64,000 bases of DNA from Coriobacteriia bacterium. GTDB lineage: Bacteria > Actinomycetota > Coriobacteriia > Coriobacteriales > RUG033. Positions 49,072 to 58,519 of this stretch are shown in pieces. The notes beneath the pieces are model-generated. The model made no database searches and was not told the origin of the DNA. It worked only from the letters and a program-made list of their open reading frames with translations. The DNA lies in assembly GCA_015655215.1 (NCBI GenBank), contig JAATFL010000012.1, positions 140,922 to 204,921 on the forward strand, written 5' to 3'. Each line of letters opens with the position of its first letter. The stretch's first letter is position 1. Position numbers and translations under genes: made by a program.

Positions 49072-49881
49072 ATGGCAACAAAGGTATCTGTCAGGACTCT
49101 GCTCGAGGCTGGTGCGCATTTCGGTCACCAGAAGCGTCGTTGGAACCCCAAGATGAAGCCGTACATCTTCACGGAGCGCAACGATGTCTACATCCTCGAT
49201 CTCAAGCAGACGCTCTTCGCGCTCGACGCTTCGTATTCGTTCATCGCCGGAATGGCCGCACGTGGTGGCAACGTGTTGTTCGTCGGCACCAAGAAGCAGG
49301 CCCAAGAGTCCATCGAGCGCAACGCGAAGCGCGCCAACATGCCCTATGTGAACTCCCGCTGGCTCGGTGGAATGCTCACCAACTTCCTGACGATGCGTTC
49401 GCGTATCACCCGTATGGAGAAGCTCGAGCTGATGGAGTCCGACGGCACGATGGCCACCCTGCCCAAGAAGGAGCAGCAGCTTCTCAAGAAGGAACTCGGC
49501 AAGCTCCAGACGAACCTCAACGGCGTACGTGATATGACCGCCGTCCCCCAGGCCCTCTTCGTCGTCGACACCGTGCGCGAGGAGATCGCCCTCAAGGAGG
49601 CGCGCCGCCTTCACATCCCCGTCGTCGGCATCCTGGACACCAACGCCGACCCGGATATGGTCGACTTCGGCATTCCCGCCAACGACGATGCGATCCGTTC
49701 GGTCGACTTGATCTGCTCCATCATCGCCGATGCCATCGTGGCCGGAACGGGCGTCGATTCCTCCTTGCAGGACGCAGCCCAACTCACGGACGTCGCGGCC
49801 CCTGTGGTCGCCGAGCCCGCGGCTGTCGAGGTCGCCCCTGCGGTCGTCGAGCCCGCGGTCGCCGCACCTGTCGCCGAGTAA
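49072..49881 (+). CDS. rpsB: 30S ribosomal protein S2
   Basis: GGAGG RBS. LLEAGAHFGHQKRRWNPKM and PVVGILDTNADP motifs, with an Ala/Pro/Val-rich tail. Confidence 0.95.
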   Translation: MATKVSVRTLLEAGAHFGHQKRRWNPKMKPYIFTERNDVYILDLKQTLFALDASYSFIAGMAARGGNVLFVGTKKQAQESIERNAKRANMPYVNSRWLGGMLTNFLTMRSRITRMEKLELMESDGTMATLPKKEQQLLKKELGKLQTNLNGVRDMTAVPQALFVVDTVREEIALKEARRLHIPVVGILDTNADPDMVDFGIPANDDAIRSVDLICSIIADAIVAGTGVDSSLQDAAQLTDVAAPVVAEPAAVEVAPAVVEPAVAAPVAE

Positions 49882-50041
49882 TTCCCGCATCCCTTTGCGG
49901 AGGCACCACCCGCACGGGTCGCCCGGCTCAGGCCTGGTGATCCGCGCACCATCCTCATCGCCGGGCGTCACGCATCCCGTGATGCGTCGGGGGTTTGCAG
50001 GATGTCATGTGTTGGAATCTATTTCGAGGATGGAGTAATCA

Positions 50042-50920
50042 ATGGCACAGATCACCGCCGCTTTGGTAAAGCAGTTGCGCGATGAGACCGGCGCTGGGAT
50101 GATGGAGTGCAAGAAGGCCCTCATGGAGACCGATGGCGATATCGCCGCTGCCGTCGACGTCCTGCGCACCCGTGGGCTCGCTGCGGCCCAGAAGAAGGCT
50201 GGCCGCGCCACCAACGAAGGTGTCATCGCCGCGTTCACCTCCCAGGATGGCACCCTCGCCGCCCTCGCCGAGGTCAACTGCGAGACCGACTTCGTCGCCC
50301 GTACGGACAAGTTCAAGGACACGGCCATGCAGTTCGCCCGGGTCGTCGCGGAGTGCGACCCGGCAGACGCCGAGGCCTTCGCCGCCGCGCCCGCCCAGGG
50401 TGGCACCGTATCTGACATGCTGACCGAGGCTATCCACATCATCGGCGAGAACATGCAGCTGGGTGCCTTCGCCCGCGAGCAACTCGACGGCGTCGGCCTT
50501 CTCGACACCTATATCCACGGTGTGGGCAACATCGGGGTCATCGTCAAGCTCGGCTTCGCCAAGCCCGAGACCGCCCACCATGCCGCCGTGGTCGAGCTCG
50601 CCCACGACATCGCCATGCAGGTCGCCGCGACCGACCCCGTCGCCATCGACCGCAGCAGCGTTCCCGCCGAGGTCGTCGCCCACGAGAGGGCCATCTACAA
50701 GGAGCAGGCAGCCGAGTCCGGCAAGCCCGAGGCCATCCAGGAGAAGATGGCAGAGGGTCGTCTCAACAAGTACTTCAAGGAGAGCTGCCTCGTCGACCAG
50801 CAATTCGTCAAGGATTGCGACAAGACCCTCCAGGCCCATGTCGACGAGGTCTCGAAGGTCGTTGGCGACGCCATCACCATCCTTGCCTTCGATCGTCTGG
50901 TCCTGGGTGCCAACGCCTGA
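50042..50920 (+). CDS. tsf: translation elongation factor Ts
   Basis: ITAALVKQLRDETGAGMMECKKAL (UBA-like N-terminus) and LAEVNCETDFVAR. Confidence 0.95.
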   Translation: MAQITAALVKQLRDETGAGMMECKKALMETDGDIAAAVDVLRTRGLAAAQKKAGRATNEGVIAAFTSQDGTLAALAEVNCETDFVARTDKFKDTAMQFARVVAECDPADAEAFAAAPAQGGTVSDMLTEAIHIIGENMQLGAFAREQLDGVGLLDTYIHGVGNIGVIVKLGFAKPETAHHAAVVELAHDIAMQVAATDPVAIDRSSVPAEVVAHERAIYKEQAAESGKPEAIQEKMAEGRLNKYFKESCLVDQQFVKDCDKTLQAHVDEVSKVVGDAITILAFDRLVLGANA

Positions 50921-51127
50921 TCCGATAGGTGCATCGAGGGCATTCATCGACTGCAGCCTATCACCGTACGTATGATGAAGGGACCGTTCGGCATACAGCC
51001 GGCGGTCCTTTCCGTGTAATATGGAATCCTGGCAGATGGAAGGCACGTCGATGACGCATACGCTACACTTGTCACTGGCCTTTGCTGGACGCTGCCATAC
51101 GATGATGTCCCCTCGAAAGGAGTCCCT

Positions 51128-51844
51128 TTGAGCGAATTTCGATACAGCCGCGTCCTCCTCAAGCTTTCCGGTGAGGCCCTCATGGGAGAGGCCGGTTACG
51201 GCATCGATCCCAAGGTGCTCGATTCCATCGCGCATCAGATAAAGGACATCGTCGCCGAGAGCGTCGAGTTGGCCATCACGGTGGGAGGCGGGAACATCTT
51301 TCGCGGCATCGCCGGTGCGAGCAAGGGCATGGACCGCGCCCAGGCCGATTACATCGGCATGCTCGCCACGGTCATGAACGCCCTGGCCTTGCAGGAAGCG
51401 CTCGAGCGCGTCGAGGTCATCACCAGGGTCCTGAGTGCCATCAACATGCAGCAGGTCGCCGAACCCTATATACGGCGCCGTGCCATTCGCCACCTCGAGA
51501 AGGGCCGCGTGGTCATCTTCGCCGGCGGCACGGGCAATCCGTTCTTCACCACCGACACGACGGCTGCCCTGCGGGCGTGCGAGATAGGGGCCGACTGCAT
51601 CATGAAGGCCACCAAGGTCGACGGCGTATTCGACGCAGACCCGGTCACCCACCCCGACGCCGTCAAGTTCGACGAGATCTCCTATCTCGAGGTGCTCTCC
51701 CGAGAGCTGCACGTCATGGATAGCACGGCGACCTCGCTCTGCATGGACAACAAGATGCCCATCATCGTGTTCAACCTGGGCGTATCGGGCAATATCAGGC
51801 GGGCTCTCTGCGGTGAGCCGGTGGGAACCGTCGTCCACGCGTAG
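51128..51844 (+). CDS. pyrH: UMP kinase
   Basis: TTG start after [26 protein letters not shown], and [20 protein letters not shown]. Confidence 0.95.
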   Translation: MSEFRYSRVLLKLSGEALMGEAGYGIDPKVLDSIAHQIKDIVAESVELAITVGGGNIFRGIAGASKGMDRAQADYIGMLATVMNALALQEALERVEVITRVLSAINMQQVAEPYIRRRAIRHLEKGRVVIFAGGTGNPFFTTDTTAALRACEIGADCIMKATKVDGVFDADPVTHPDAVKFDEISYLEVLSRELHVMDSTATSLCMDNKMPIIVFNLGVSGNIRRALCGEPVGTVVHA

Positions 51845-51971
51845 ACGACGGTGTGGGTGGGCCGTGTCGTGGACGTGGTTCACCGACCCCTCTCCGTTCC
51901 ATCCACGGTTTGACCGGCACACGGGTATCGGCAAGGTAGGAAATCATTGATACGGGAGCGAAGGAGAAGGC

Positions 51972-52529
51972 ATGGCATCCGAGACGATCACCGCTACCGA
52001 AGAGGGTATGAAGAAGGCGCTCGCGTCCCTCTCGCACGAGTTCGGCACCATCCGCACCGGGCGGGCAAGTGCCGCATCCCTCGACCACATCAAGGTCGAC
52101 TACTACGGTACCTCCACCCCGATCACGCAGATCGCCGGGGTCAAGGTGCCCGAGGCCCACATGCTCATCATCGAGCCGTGGGACAAGAGTGCGCTCAAGA
52201 GCATCGAGAAGGCTATCCTGGGAAGCGACCTGGGCATCACCCCATCGACCGACGGCACGGTGATACGCCTACCCTTCCCGGCTCCGACCGAGGAGCGTCG
52301 TCGAGAGCTCGTCAAGCAATGCCGCAAGGTGGCCGAGGAGTGCCGCGTGTCGATGCGTAACATCCGACGCGACGGTAACACCAAGCTCGATCGCGCCAAG
52401 AGGGACGATGACCTTTCCGAGGACGAGGTGCGCCGCGATGAGGCGCATATCCAACGGCTCACCGATTCCTATATCGCCCAGATCGACGAGCTCCTGAAGA
52501 AGAAGGAAGCGGAAGTGATGGAGATCTAG
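51972..52529 (+). CDS. frr: ribosome recycling factor
   Basis: FGTIRTGRAS...LDHIKVDYYG...IEPWD...IRRD motifs, with an AAGGAG RBS. Confidence 0.95.
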   Translation: MASETITATEEGMKKALASLSHEFGTIRTGRASAASLDHIKVDYYGTSTPITQIAGVKVPEAHMLIIEPWDKSALKSIEKAILGSDLGITPSTDGTVIRLPFPAPTEERRRELVKQCRKVAEECRVSMRNIRRDGNTKLDRAKRDDDLSEDEVRRDEAHIQRLTDSYIAQIDELLKKKEAEVMEI

Positions 52530-53306
52530 ATGCCCCAGAGACTCAGGCCGATCGTCGAGGTCTTCCCCGCACCGCCCAAAGACATCGACCCTCAACAACT
52601 TGATATGACCCGCATTCCCCGGCATGTCGCCATCATCATGGATGGGAATGGGCGCTGGGCGAAGTCCCGTGGCCTCGAGCGTGCCGCCGGGCACGAGGCG
52701 GGGGTCGCAAGCGTGCGCGAGGCGATTCGGGTATGCAACGACCTGGGCATTCGCTTCCTCACCATCTATGCGTTCTCGACGGAGAACTGGAACCGACCCC
52801 AAGGCGAGGTCGATGCCCTCATGGAGATGTTCGCCGAGACCATGGCCGTCGAGTTGCCTGGCCTCGAGGAGGAGTGCGCCCGGGTGAACCTCATCGGCAA
52901 CATAGGGGAGCTACCCATGCGGACGCGTGACACGTTCGAGCATTCCATCGAGGAGACCGAGGGGAATGACGGTCTCACGCTCACGATGGCGGTCAACTAT
53001 GGCGGTCGACACGAACTGGTCGATGCGATGCGTCTCCTTGCACGCGAGGTCGCCGACGGCGATCGCACGTGGGATTCGATCGACGCGGAGACCATATCCG
53101 GTGCCCTCTACGCACCTGGCATGCCCGACCCAGACCTGCTCATCCGCACCAGTGGCGAGCAGCGCATCTCCAACTTCATGATCTGGGAGACCGCGTACAG
53201 CGAGTTCTACGTCACCGAGACGCTCTGGCCGGACTTCGACCGATACGAGCTTCTGCGTGCGCTCATCGATTATCAGGGACGAGACAGAAGATTCGGGCGA
53301 GTCTGA
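52530..53306 (+). CDS. uppS: di-trans,poly-cis-undecaprenyl-diphosphate synthase
   Basis: HVAIIMDGNGRWA, FSTENWNRP and IRTSGEQRISNFMIWETAYSEF motifs. Confidence 0.95.
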   Translation: MPQRLRPIVEVFPAPPKDIDPQQLDMTRIPRHVAIIMDGNGRWAKSRGLERAAGHEAGVASVREAIRVCNDLGIRFLTIYAFSTENWNRPQGEVDALMEMFAETMAVELPGLEEECARVNLIGNIGELPMRTRDTFEHSIEETEGNDGLTLTMAVNYGGRHELVDAMRLLAREVADGDRTWDSIDAETISGALYAPGMPDPDLLIRTSGEQRISNFMIWETAYSEFYVTETLWPDFDRYELLRALIDYQGRDRRFGRV

Positions 53307-54151
53307 TGGCGGAATCCGAAGAGAGGAAGAAGCGCACCCCCAAGGACCTCGGCATACGTCTTTTGTCGGGAACGATCTACGTCGTGCTGTTCCTGGTGCT
53401 GCTCATGCTCGGTCGCGTGTCGACGGCGCTCTTCATCTCGATCGTCGCCGGTATCGCCGCGTTCGAGTTCTTCCGTATGATGACGCTCGACGGCAAGCAG
53501 CCAAACTCCGCCCTCGGGATACTCGCGGCGATCCTCTACCCGTTCGCAGCGCTCATCGGCGGGCAGACGCTCATGCTCGGTCTCACGTTCATCCTCATCG
53601 CGTGCCTGCTCATCTGGTACGTCTTCTACCCGCTCACGCGCATCACCGACGTGGCGGTGACGCTCTTCGGCGCGATGTACATCGGTCTCATGCTCTCCAG
53701 CTTCGTGCTCATACGGGCGGGGATCCATGGATATAGCGGTGGATGGGTGGCATTGGCCGTGTTCGCCTGCGCCGGGATCTGCGATTCCCTCGCCTATCTT
53801 CTGGGTTCACGCTTCGGGAAGCACAAGATGGTGCCCAAGATATCGCCCAAGAAGTCCTGGGAGGGGTTCTGGGCCGGCATCGTCGGCTCCGTGCTCGTAT
53901 GGTGCCTCGTGCCGATGGTCACCCAGGGTACCTTGAACGTCACCTATCCATGGGCGATCCTCACCGGCATCGTCTGCGGCATCGTCGACCTGCTCGGCGA
54001 CCTGGCCGAGTCGCGCATCAAGCGAGGAGCGGGCGTCAAGGACGCAGGTAGCATCATGCCAGGCCACGGCGGCATCCTCGACCGTATCGACTCCCTCATA
54101 CTCGTCTCCTTCGCATCCTATCTCATGCTCAAGCTGGCAGGTGCCCTCTGA
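53306..54151 (+). CDS. cdsA: phosphatidate cytidylyltransferase
   Basis: The ATG shares 1 nt with the uppS stop codon. A multi-TM protein with the CDS signature SWEGFWAG...GDLAESRIKRGAGVKDAGSIMPGHGGILDRIDS. Confidence 0.9.
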   Translation: MAESEERKKRTPKDLGIRLLSGTIYVVLFLVLLMLGRVSTALFISIVAGIAAFEFFRMMTLDGKQPNSALGILAAILYPFAALIGGQTLMLGLTFILIACLLIWYVFYPLTRITDVAVTLFGAMYIGLMLSSFVLIRAGIHGYSGGWVALAVFACAGICDSLAYLLGSRFGKHKMVPKISPKKSWEGFWAGIVGSVLVWCLVPMVTQGTLNVTYPWAILTGIVCGIVDLLGDLAESRIKRGAGVKDAGSIMPGHGGILDRIDSLILVSFASYLMLKLAGAL

Positions 54152-55323
54152 TGGCAGGGAAATCCCAACCGATGCGCATCGCCGTCCTCGGTGCCTCGGG
54201 GTCGATTGGAACCCAGACGCTCGACGTCGTGCGCCGACATACCGACAAGGTCCGCATCACGGCTCTGGCCGTCAACGCATCGACCGACCGCCTCGTCGGT
54301 GCTGCACGTGAGTTCGGGGCGACGCATGTCGCCGTCGGCGATCCATCGCATCGCAGCGACGGCATCCTCGCCGAGTTGCCCAAGGGCTGCGACGCCACCT
54401 TCGGCCCGGATGCCGTGCGGGCTCTGGTCGAGCAGCCCGACGTCGACCTCGTGCTCAACGCCTTGATGGGTTCCGCCGGTCTCGAGGCGAGCTACGCCAC
54501 CTTGCGTGCGGGCAAGAAGCTCGCCCTTGCCAACAAGGAGTCGCTCGTCGTTGGCGGCGACCTCATCATGCCGCTCGCCACGCACGACACCCTGCTCCCG
54601 GTGGACTCGGAGCATTCGGCCATCTACCAGTGCTATCTGGGGGAGAACCCCCGCGAGGCGTATCGTATCTGGCTCACGGCCAGCGGTGGGCCCTTCCTCG
54701 GGCGCACGCGCGACGAGCTCGCCTCGGTCATGGTGGACGAGGCGCTGGCACACCCCACGTGGACGATGGGCCCCAAGATCACCATCGATTCGGCCACGCT
54801 CATGAACAAGGGGCTCGAGGCCATCGAGGCGCATCATCTCTTCGGTGTCGACCTCGACTTCATCAAGATCGTCGTCCAGCCGCAGAGCCGCATACACTCC
54901 ATGGTCGAGTACGAGGACGGTTCCGTCATCGCCCATCTCGGTGTCACCGACATGCGCATCCCCATCCAGTTCGCGCTCTCCTGCCCGCACCGCTGGGCGA
55001 CCCCGTGCCCACGCATCGACTTCGCCACCGTGGGGCATCTCGACTTCGTCGACCCCGATCCGGAGACGTTTCGCTGCCTGGCACTCGCCCTCGAGGCGGG
55101 CCGCGTCGGGGGGACGATGCCGTGCGCGATGAGCGCCGCGGACGAGGTCGCCGTCGCCGCATTCCTCGAGGGACGATGCGGTTTCACCGGCATCGACCAG
55201 GTGGTGGAGGGGGTCATGGCAGCGCACGGGTCCCAACCGGTCGAGTCGATCGCCCAGCTGGAGGATGTCGACACCTGGGCGCGGGAGAGGGCACGACATA
55301 TCTTACACACCATCTCCCGATAG
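54151..55323 (+). CDS. dxr: 1-deoxy-D-xylulose 5-phosphate reductoisomerase
   Basis: IAVLGASGSIGTQTLDV, LANKESLV, DSEHSAI and HPTWTMGPKITIDSATLMNKGLE motifs. Confidence 0.95.
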   Translation: MAGKSQPMRIAVLGASGSIGTQTLDVVRRHTDKVRITALAVNASTDRLVGAAREFGATHVAVGDPSHRSDGILAELPKGCDATFGPDAVRALVEQPDVDLVLNALMGSAGLEASYATLRAGKKLALANKESLVVGGDLIMPLATHDTLLPVDSEHSAIYQCYLGENPREAYRIWLTASGGPFLGRTRDELASVMVDEALAHPTWTMGPKITIDSATLMNKGLEAIEAHHLFGVDLDFIKIVVQPQSRIHSMVEYEDGSVIAHLGVTDMRIPIQFALSCPHRWATPCPRIDFATVGHLDFVDPDPETFRCLALALEAGRVGGTMPCAMSAADEVAVAAFLEGRCGFTGIDQVVEGVMAAHGSQPVESIAQLEDVDTWARERARHILHTISR

Positions 55324-55500
55324 GGCTCGGGCCACCGGGAGCAGCGGGACCGCCGTCTGCCCCTCGTGGAGGCAACGAATCGTTTGCAGACGTTTTCCCT
55401 CCTCGGGGAAGCCAAGCAAGTGCGGTACCCTTGTCCATCACGCGATCTACCTGATCCACCGCAAGCTTGCCGGTACGTCGATTGCATACGAGGTGCGCCC

Positions 55501-56928
55501 ATGACCGTGTTGGAGACCATATTCTGGGGTTTCATCCTCATCTCGGCACTCGTGGTGATACATGAGTTTGGGCACTACGCCGCCGCGCGCCTGTTCAAGG
55601 TGCGCGTATCGGAGTTCATGGTGGGCCTGCCGGGTCCATCGGTCACGCTCTTCAAGGCGGGGGGCACCCGCTTCGGTTTCACGGCCCTGCCGTTTGGGGG
55701 CTACGCCGCCATCGCGGGTATGGAGCCGGGTCCCGAGGACCCGCAGCTTGCCGAGGCGCTCGCCTACGTCTATCGCCACGGTTCGACCGATGTGGTGCAC
55801 CTGGGCGCCTACCTCGATGCCCACGTGGCGGTCGAGGCCGTCGCGTCGACCGCCGTCCCGGACGACCGCGATGCGGGACCGGGTGATTCCGAGGAGGATG
55901 CGCCATCGGCCGACGTCCATGCGCGCGAGCTGCTCCAGACCCTCGAATCCTGGGCCGCCATCGAGCGCGACGACTCGCCAGAGGCTAAGCAGGCGGCGAG
56001 AAGGGCCCGCCAGGAGGGGCGCGAGGTGCCGGTGCGCTATGTCGCGGCGGCTGACCCCGTGGCGGGGCTTGAGACGGGCCGGGCACGCGAGGTGGCCGAC
56101 CCTGCATCCCTCCTCGACGAGATGCGCAAGGGCACCTACCACGCACTCTCCTTCCCCAAGCGGATACTCGTCCTCTTCGCCGGCCCTCTGATGAACCTGA
56201 TCACGGCGGTCCTCGTCCTCCTCATCGTCCTCTCGGCCCATGGTCTCTATCGCGCGAGCGACACCAACGCGATCGGATCCGTGGTCGACGGCGGTGCCGC
56301 GCAGGCGGTGGGCATGCAGGCTGACGATGTGGTGACCGGGATCGATGGGGAGCCAGTGGGCTCGTGGACGGATATCTCGGCCATTCTCGCCAACCTTGGG
56401 CCGGACCAGACGGTCACGGTCACCTGGACGCGTGGGGGAGAACCGATGCAGGCCGACATCGTGCTCTCCGACACCGATGGCCGGGCCACGCTGGGTGTCT
56501 ACGCGTCCTACGAGCTGTACCACTATCCCATCGGAGAGGCGCTCGTCACGACCTTCTCCTATATCGGCACCGTCGCCGTCGCCATCCTGAACCTCTTCAA
56601 CCCGTTCCAGGTGCAGCAGGTCCTCTCCCAGTCGTCGAGCATCGTGGGTGTCGCCGTCATCGCCCAGCAGGCCGCTGCCGAGGGCGTCGCCTCGTTTGCG
56701 GTGCTCGTCGCCGCGGTCTCGACCTCGCTGGGGCTCATGAACCTGCTTCCCATCCCACCTCTCGACGGAGGCAAGATCGTCATCGAGGTCGTGCAGGCCA
56801 TCCGCCGCCGCGAGGTGAGCCTCACCGCCCAATCTCGGATGGCGATGGTGGGGGTCATCCTCTTCGGCGCCCTCTTCATCTACACGCTTGCCCAAGATAT
56901 CGGTCGCATCGCCACCGGTTCGATGTAG
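55501..56928 (+). CDS. rseP: RIP metalloprotease RseP (site-2 protease, M50 family) with an enlarged acidic loop
   Basis: The HEFGH zinc motif in TM1, a PDZ segment (GMQADDVVTGIDGEPV) and the C-terminal NLLPIPPLDGG motif. ATG at 55501. Confidence 0.9.
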   Translation: MTVLETIFWGFILISALVVIHEFGHYAAARLFKVRVSEFMVGLPGPSVTLFKAGGTRFGFTALPFGGYAAIAGMEPGPEDPQLAEALAYVYRHGSTDVVHLGAYLDAHVAVEAVASTAVPDDRDAGPGDSEEDAPSADVHARELLQTLESWAAIERDDSPEAKQAARRARQEGREVPVRYVAAADPVAGLETGRAREVADPASLLDEMRKGTYHALSFPKRILVLFAGPLMNLITAVLVLLIVLSAHGLYRASDTNAIGSVVDGGAAQAVGMQADDVVTGIDGEPVGSWTDISAILANLGPDQTVTVTWTRGGEPMQADIVLSDTDGRATLGVYASYELYHYPIGEALVTTFSYIGTVAVAILNLFNPFQVQQVLSQSSSIVGVAVIAQQAAAEGVASFAVLVAAVSTSLGLMNLLPIPPLDGGKIVIEVVQAIRRREVSLTAQSRMAMVGVILFGALFIYTLAQDIGRIATGSM

Positions 56929-57066
56929 GATATGCAGCGGTCCTGCGATCGGGTGCTGCCAAGATGTAGGCAGATGACGCGGATGCGGAGCGTCGATGCA
57001 CCGTCCCCGACCACAGATGCGTGACACGATGCAAGCCGAGGACACGGGATCGAGGAGATGCACCCG

Positions 57067-58230
57067 ATGAGTGACCATACGAGGGGGTCGGTTACCTCCA
57101 CCGCCCCGATTTTGGCGCGTGCACGCACGCACCAGGTGCACGTCGGGTCGGTTCCCGTGGGTGGGGGTGCGCCCGTCTCGGTGCAGTCGATGACCAACGT
57201 CCCCATGGCCTGGTCGGAGCGTGACCGGACGTCTCGCCTCGATGCCCAGGGCACGTTGGACCAGATCGACGGCCTACATGCCGCTGGTTGCGAGATCGTG
57301 CGCGTCGCCATCCCCAACCGGGCCAGCCTCGAGTCGTTCGAACGGGTTGCGGCAGGAAGCCCCTTACCGGTCATCGCCGACGTCCACTTCGACCACCTCA
57401 TCGCCATCGGTGCGACTCGTCGAGGGGCGTGCGCGCTGCGCATCAACCCCGGGAACATCGGGGACATGGCCCGCGTGGACGAGGTGATCGACGTGGCGGG
57501 TGAGGCGGGTATCCCCATACGCATCGGGGTCAACGCCGGATCGCTCGAACCCACCTATCGGGATAGGGGAGGCTGGACCTTGCCCGAGCGGCTCGCCGCA
57601 AGCGCCATCTCCTACGTGCAGCACTTCGAGGAGCGCGGGTTCCATGACATCGTCGTATCCGCGAAGGCGCACGACGTGCTCGCCACCATCGATGCCTACC
57701 GCCGTCTCTCCCGTGAGATACCGCAGGTCCCCTTGCACATCGGCATCACCGAGGCCGGCACGCTCATGCAGGGAACCATCAAGAGCGCGGCAGGGTTGGG
57801 CATCCTCCTCGCCGAGGGCATCGGCGACACTATGCGCATCTCGCTGACCGCCGACCCGGTCGAGGAGGTGCACGCCTGTTGGACGTTGCTCGCGGCCCTG
57901 GGGTTGCGTCGCAACTCGCCCGAACTCGTGAGTTGTCCCACGTGCTCTCGCTGCCAGGTCGACATGATCCCCCTCGCCCAGGAGGTGGAGCGACGTTTGC
58001 GTGACGTACGCTTGCCGCTTCGCGTCGCGGTGATGGGCTGCGAGGTCAACGGACCGGGGGAGGCGGCCGACGCCGACCTGGGCATCGCGTGCGGACGCGG
58101 TGCGGGAACGCTCTTCGCCAATGGCAGGATGGTGCGCCGGGTCCCCGCCGAGGACATCGTGGATGCGCTTTTCTCCGAGATCGCACTTCGCGAGAGAGCG
58201 GCGGAGATGGGCCCTGATGATGGGAAGTAG
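57067..58230 (+). CDS. ispG: 4-hydroxy-3-methylbut-2-en-1-yl diphosphate synthase (IspG/GcpE)
   Basis: VSVQSMTN, RINPGNIG and SCPTCSRC...AVMGCEVNGPGEA [4Fe-4S] motifs. ATG at 57067 lies 9 nt after GAGGAG; ATG at 57058 is the alternative. Confidence 0.9.
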   Translation: MSDHTRGSVTSTAPILARARTHQVHVGSVPVGGGAPVSVQSMTNVPMAWSERDRTSRLDAQGTLDQIDGLHAAGCEIVRVAIPNRASLESFERVAAGSPLPVIADVHFDHLIAIGATRRGACALRINPGNIGDMARVDEVIDVAGEAGIPIRIGVNAGSLEPTYRDRGGWTLPERLAASAISYVQHFEERGFHDIVVSAKAHDVLATIDAYRRLSREIPQVPLHIGITEAGTLMQGTIKSAAGLGILLAEGIGDTMRISLTADPVEEVHACWTLLAALGLRRNSPELVSCPTCSRCQVDMIPLAQEVERRLRDVRLPLRVAVMGCEVNGPGEAADADLGIACGRGAGTLFANGRMVRRVPAEDIVDALFSEIALRERAAEMGPDDGK

Positions 58231-58383
58231 GTGCCAAAAGTAGGTGCCCACACGACCCTGCGGGTCAGGCTATCGGTGCCGGAGGTTCGATTCTCATCCC
58301 ATCCTCACCGATCGGGGAGGCGCGGACCGTTGGCCCAAATCCTATGAGAGCGGATAGGGAAAAGCGGGCACGATCGTCAAATG

Positions 58384-58436
58384 GCACAACATATTGTGAT
58401 AGTATTCAATCCAGTTGGATATGTTGTGTGATAATG
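58384..58436 (+). promoter_or_regulatory. putative NrdR operator (two boxes) overlapping an extended -10 element upstream of nrdJ
   Basis: GCACAACATATTGTGA (58384-58399) matches 13 of 16 positions of the remembered NrdR box acaCwAtATaTwGtgt. A second, half-degenerate box is centred 30 bp downstream; ATATGTTGTG at 58419-58428 is the exact inverted copy of CACAACATAT at 58385-58394. TGTGATAAT (58427-58435) resembles an extended -10. The patch is AT-rich within a GC-rich genome. Confidence 0.45.
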
Positions 58437-58519
58437 CAAGTGTCATACTAACATATGTATCGAGCGCTCCCTCCGCGTGACTCGAGGGAGTGACAATTTC
58501 AAGGGGAAGTTGGTCGGGC

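Noticed and set aside
58284-58293. A GGTTCGATTC T-loop-like motif downstream of ispG, considered as a possible tRNA or tRNA remnant (att site).
   Set aside because: The flanking bases (GGAGG / CTCAT) cannot form a T-stem. No acceptor, D or anticodon arms can be drawn, and no integrase is nearby.
58231-58519. A possible cobalamin riboswitch in the 290-nt region upstream of the B12-dependent RNR.
   Set aside because: I found no B12-box-like element or conserved cobalamin-riboswitch core. The region is better explained by NrdR-like boxes plus a promoter. Running the Rfam RF00174 covariance model would be decisive.
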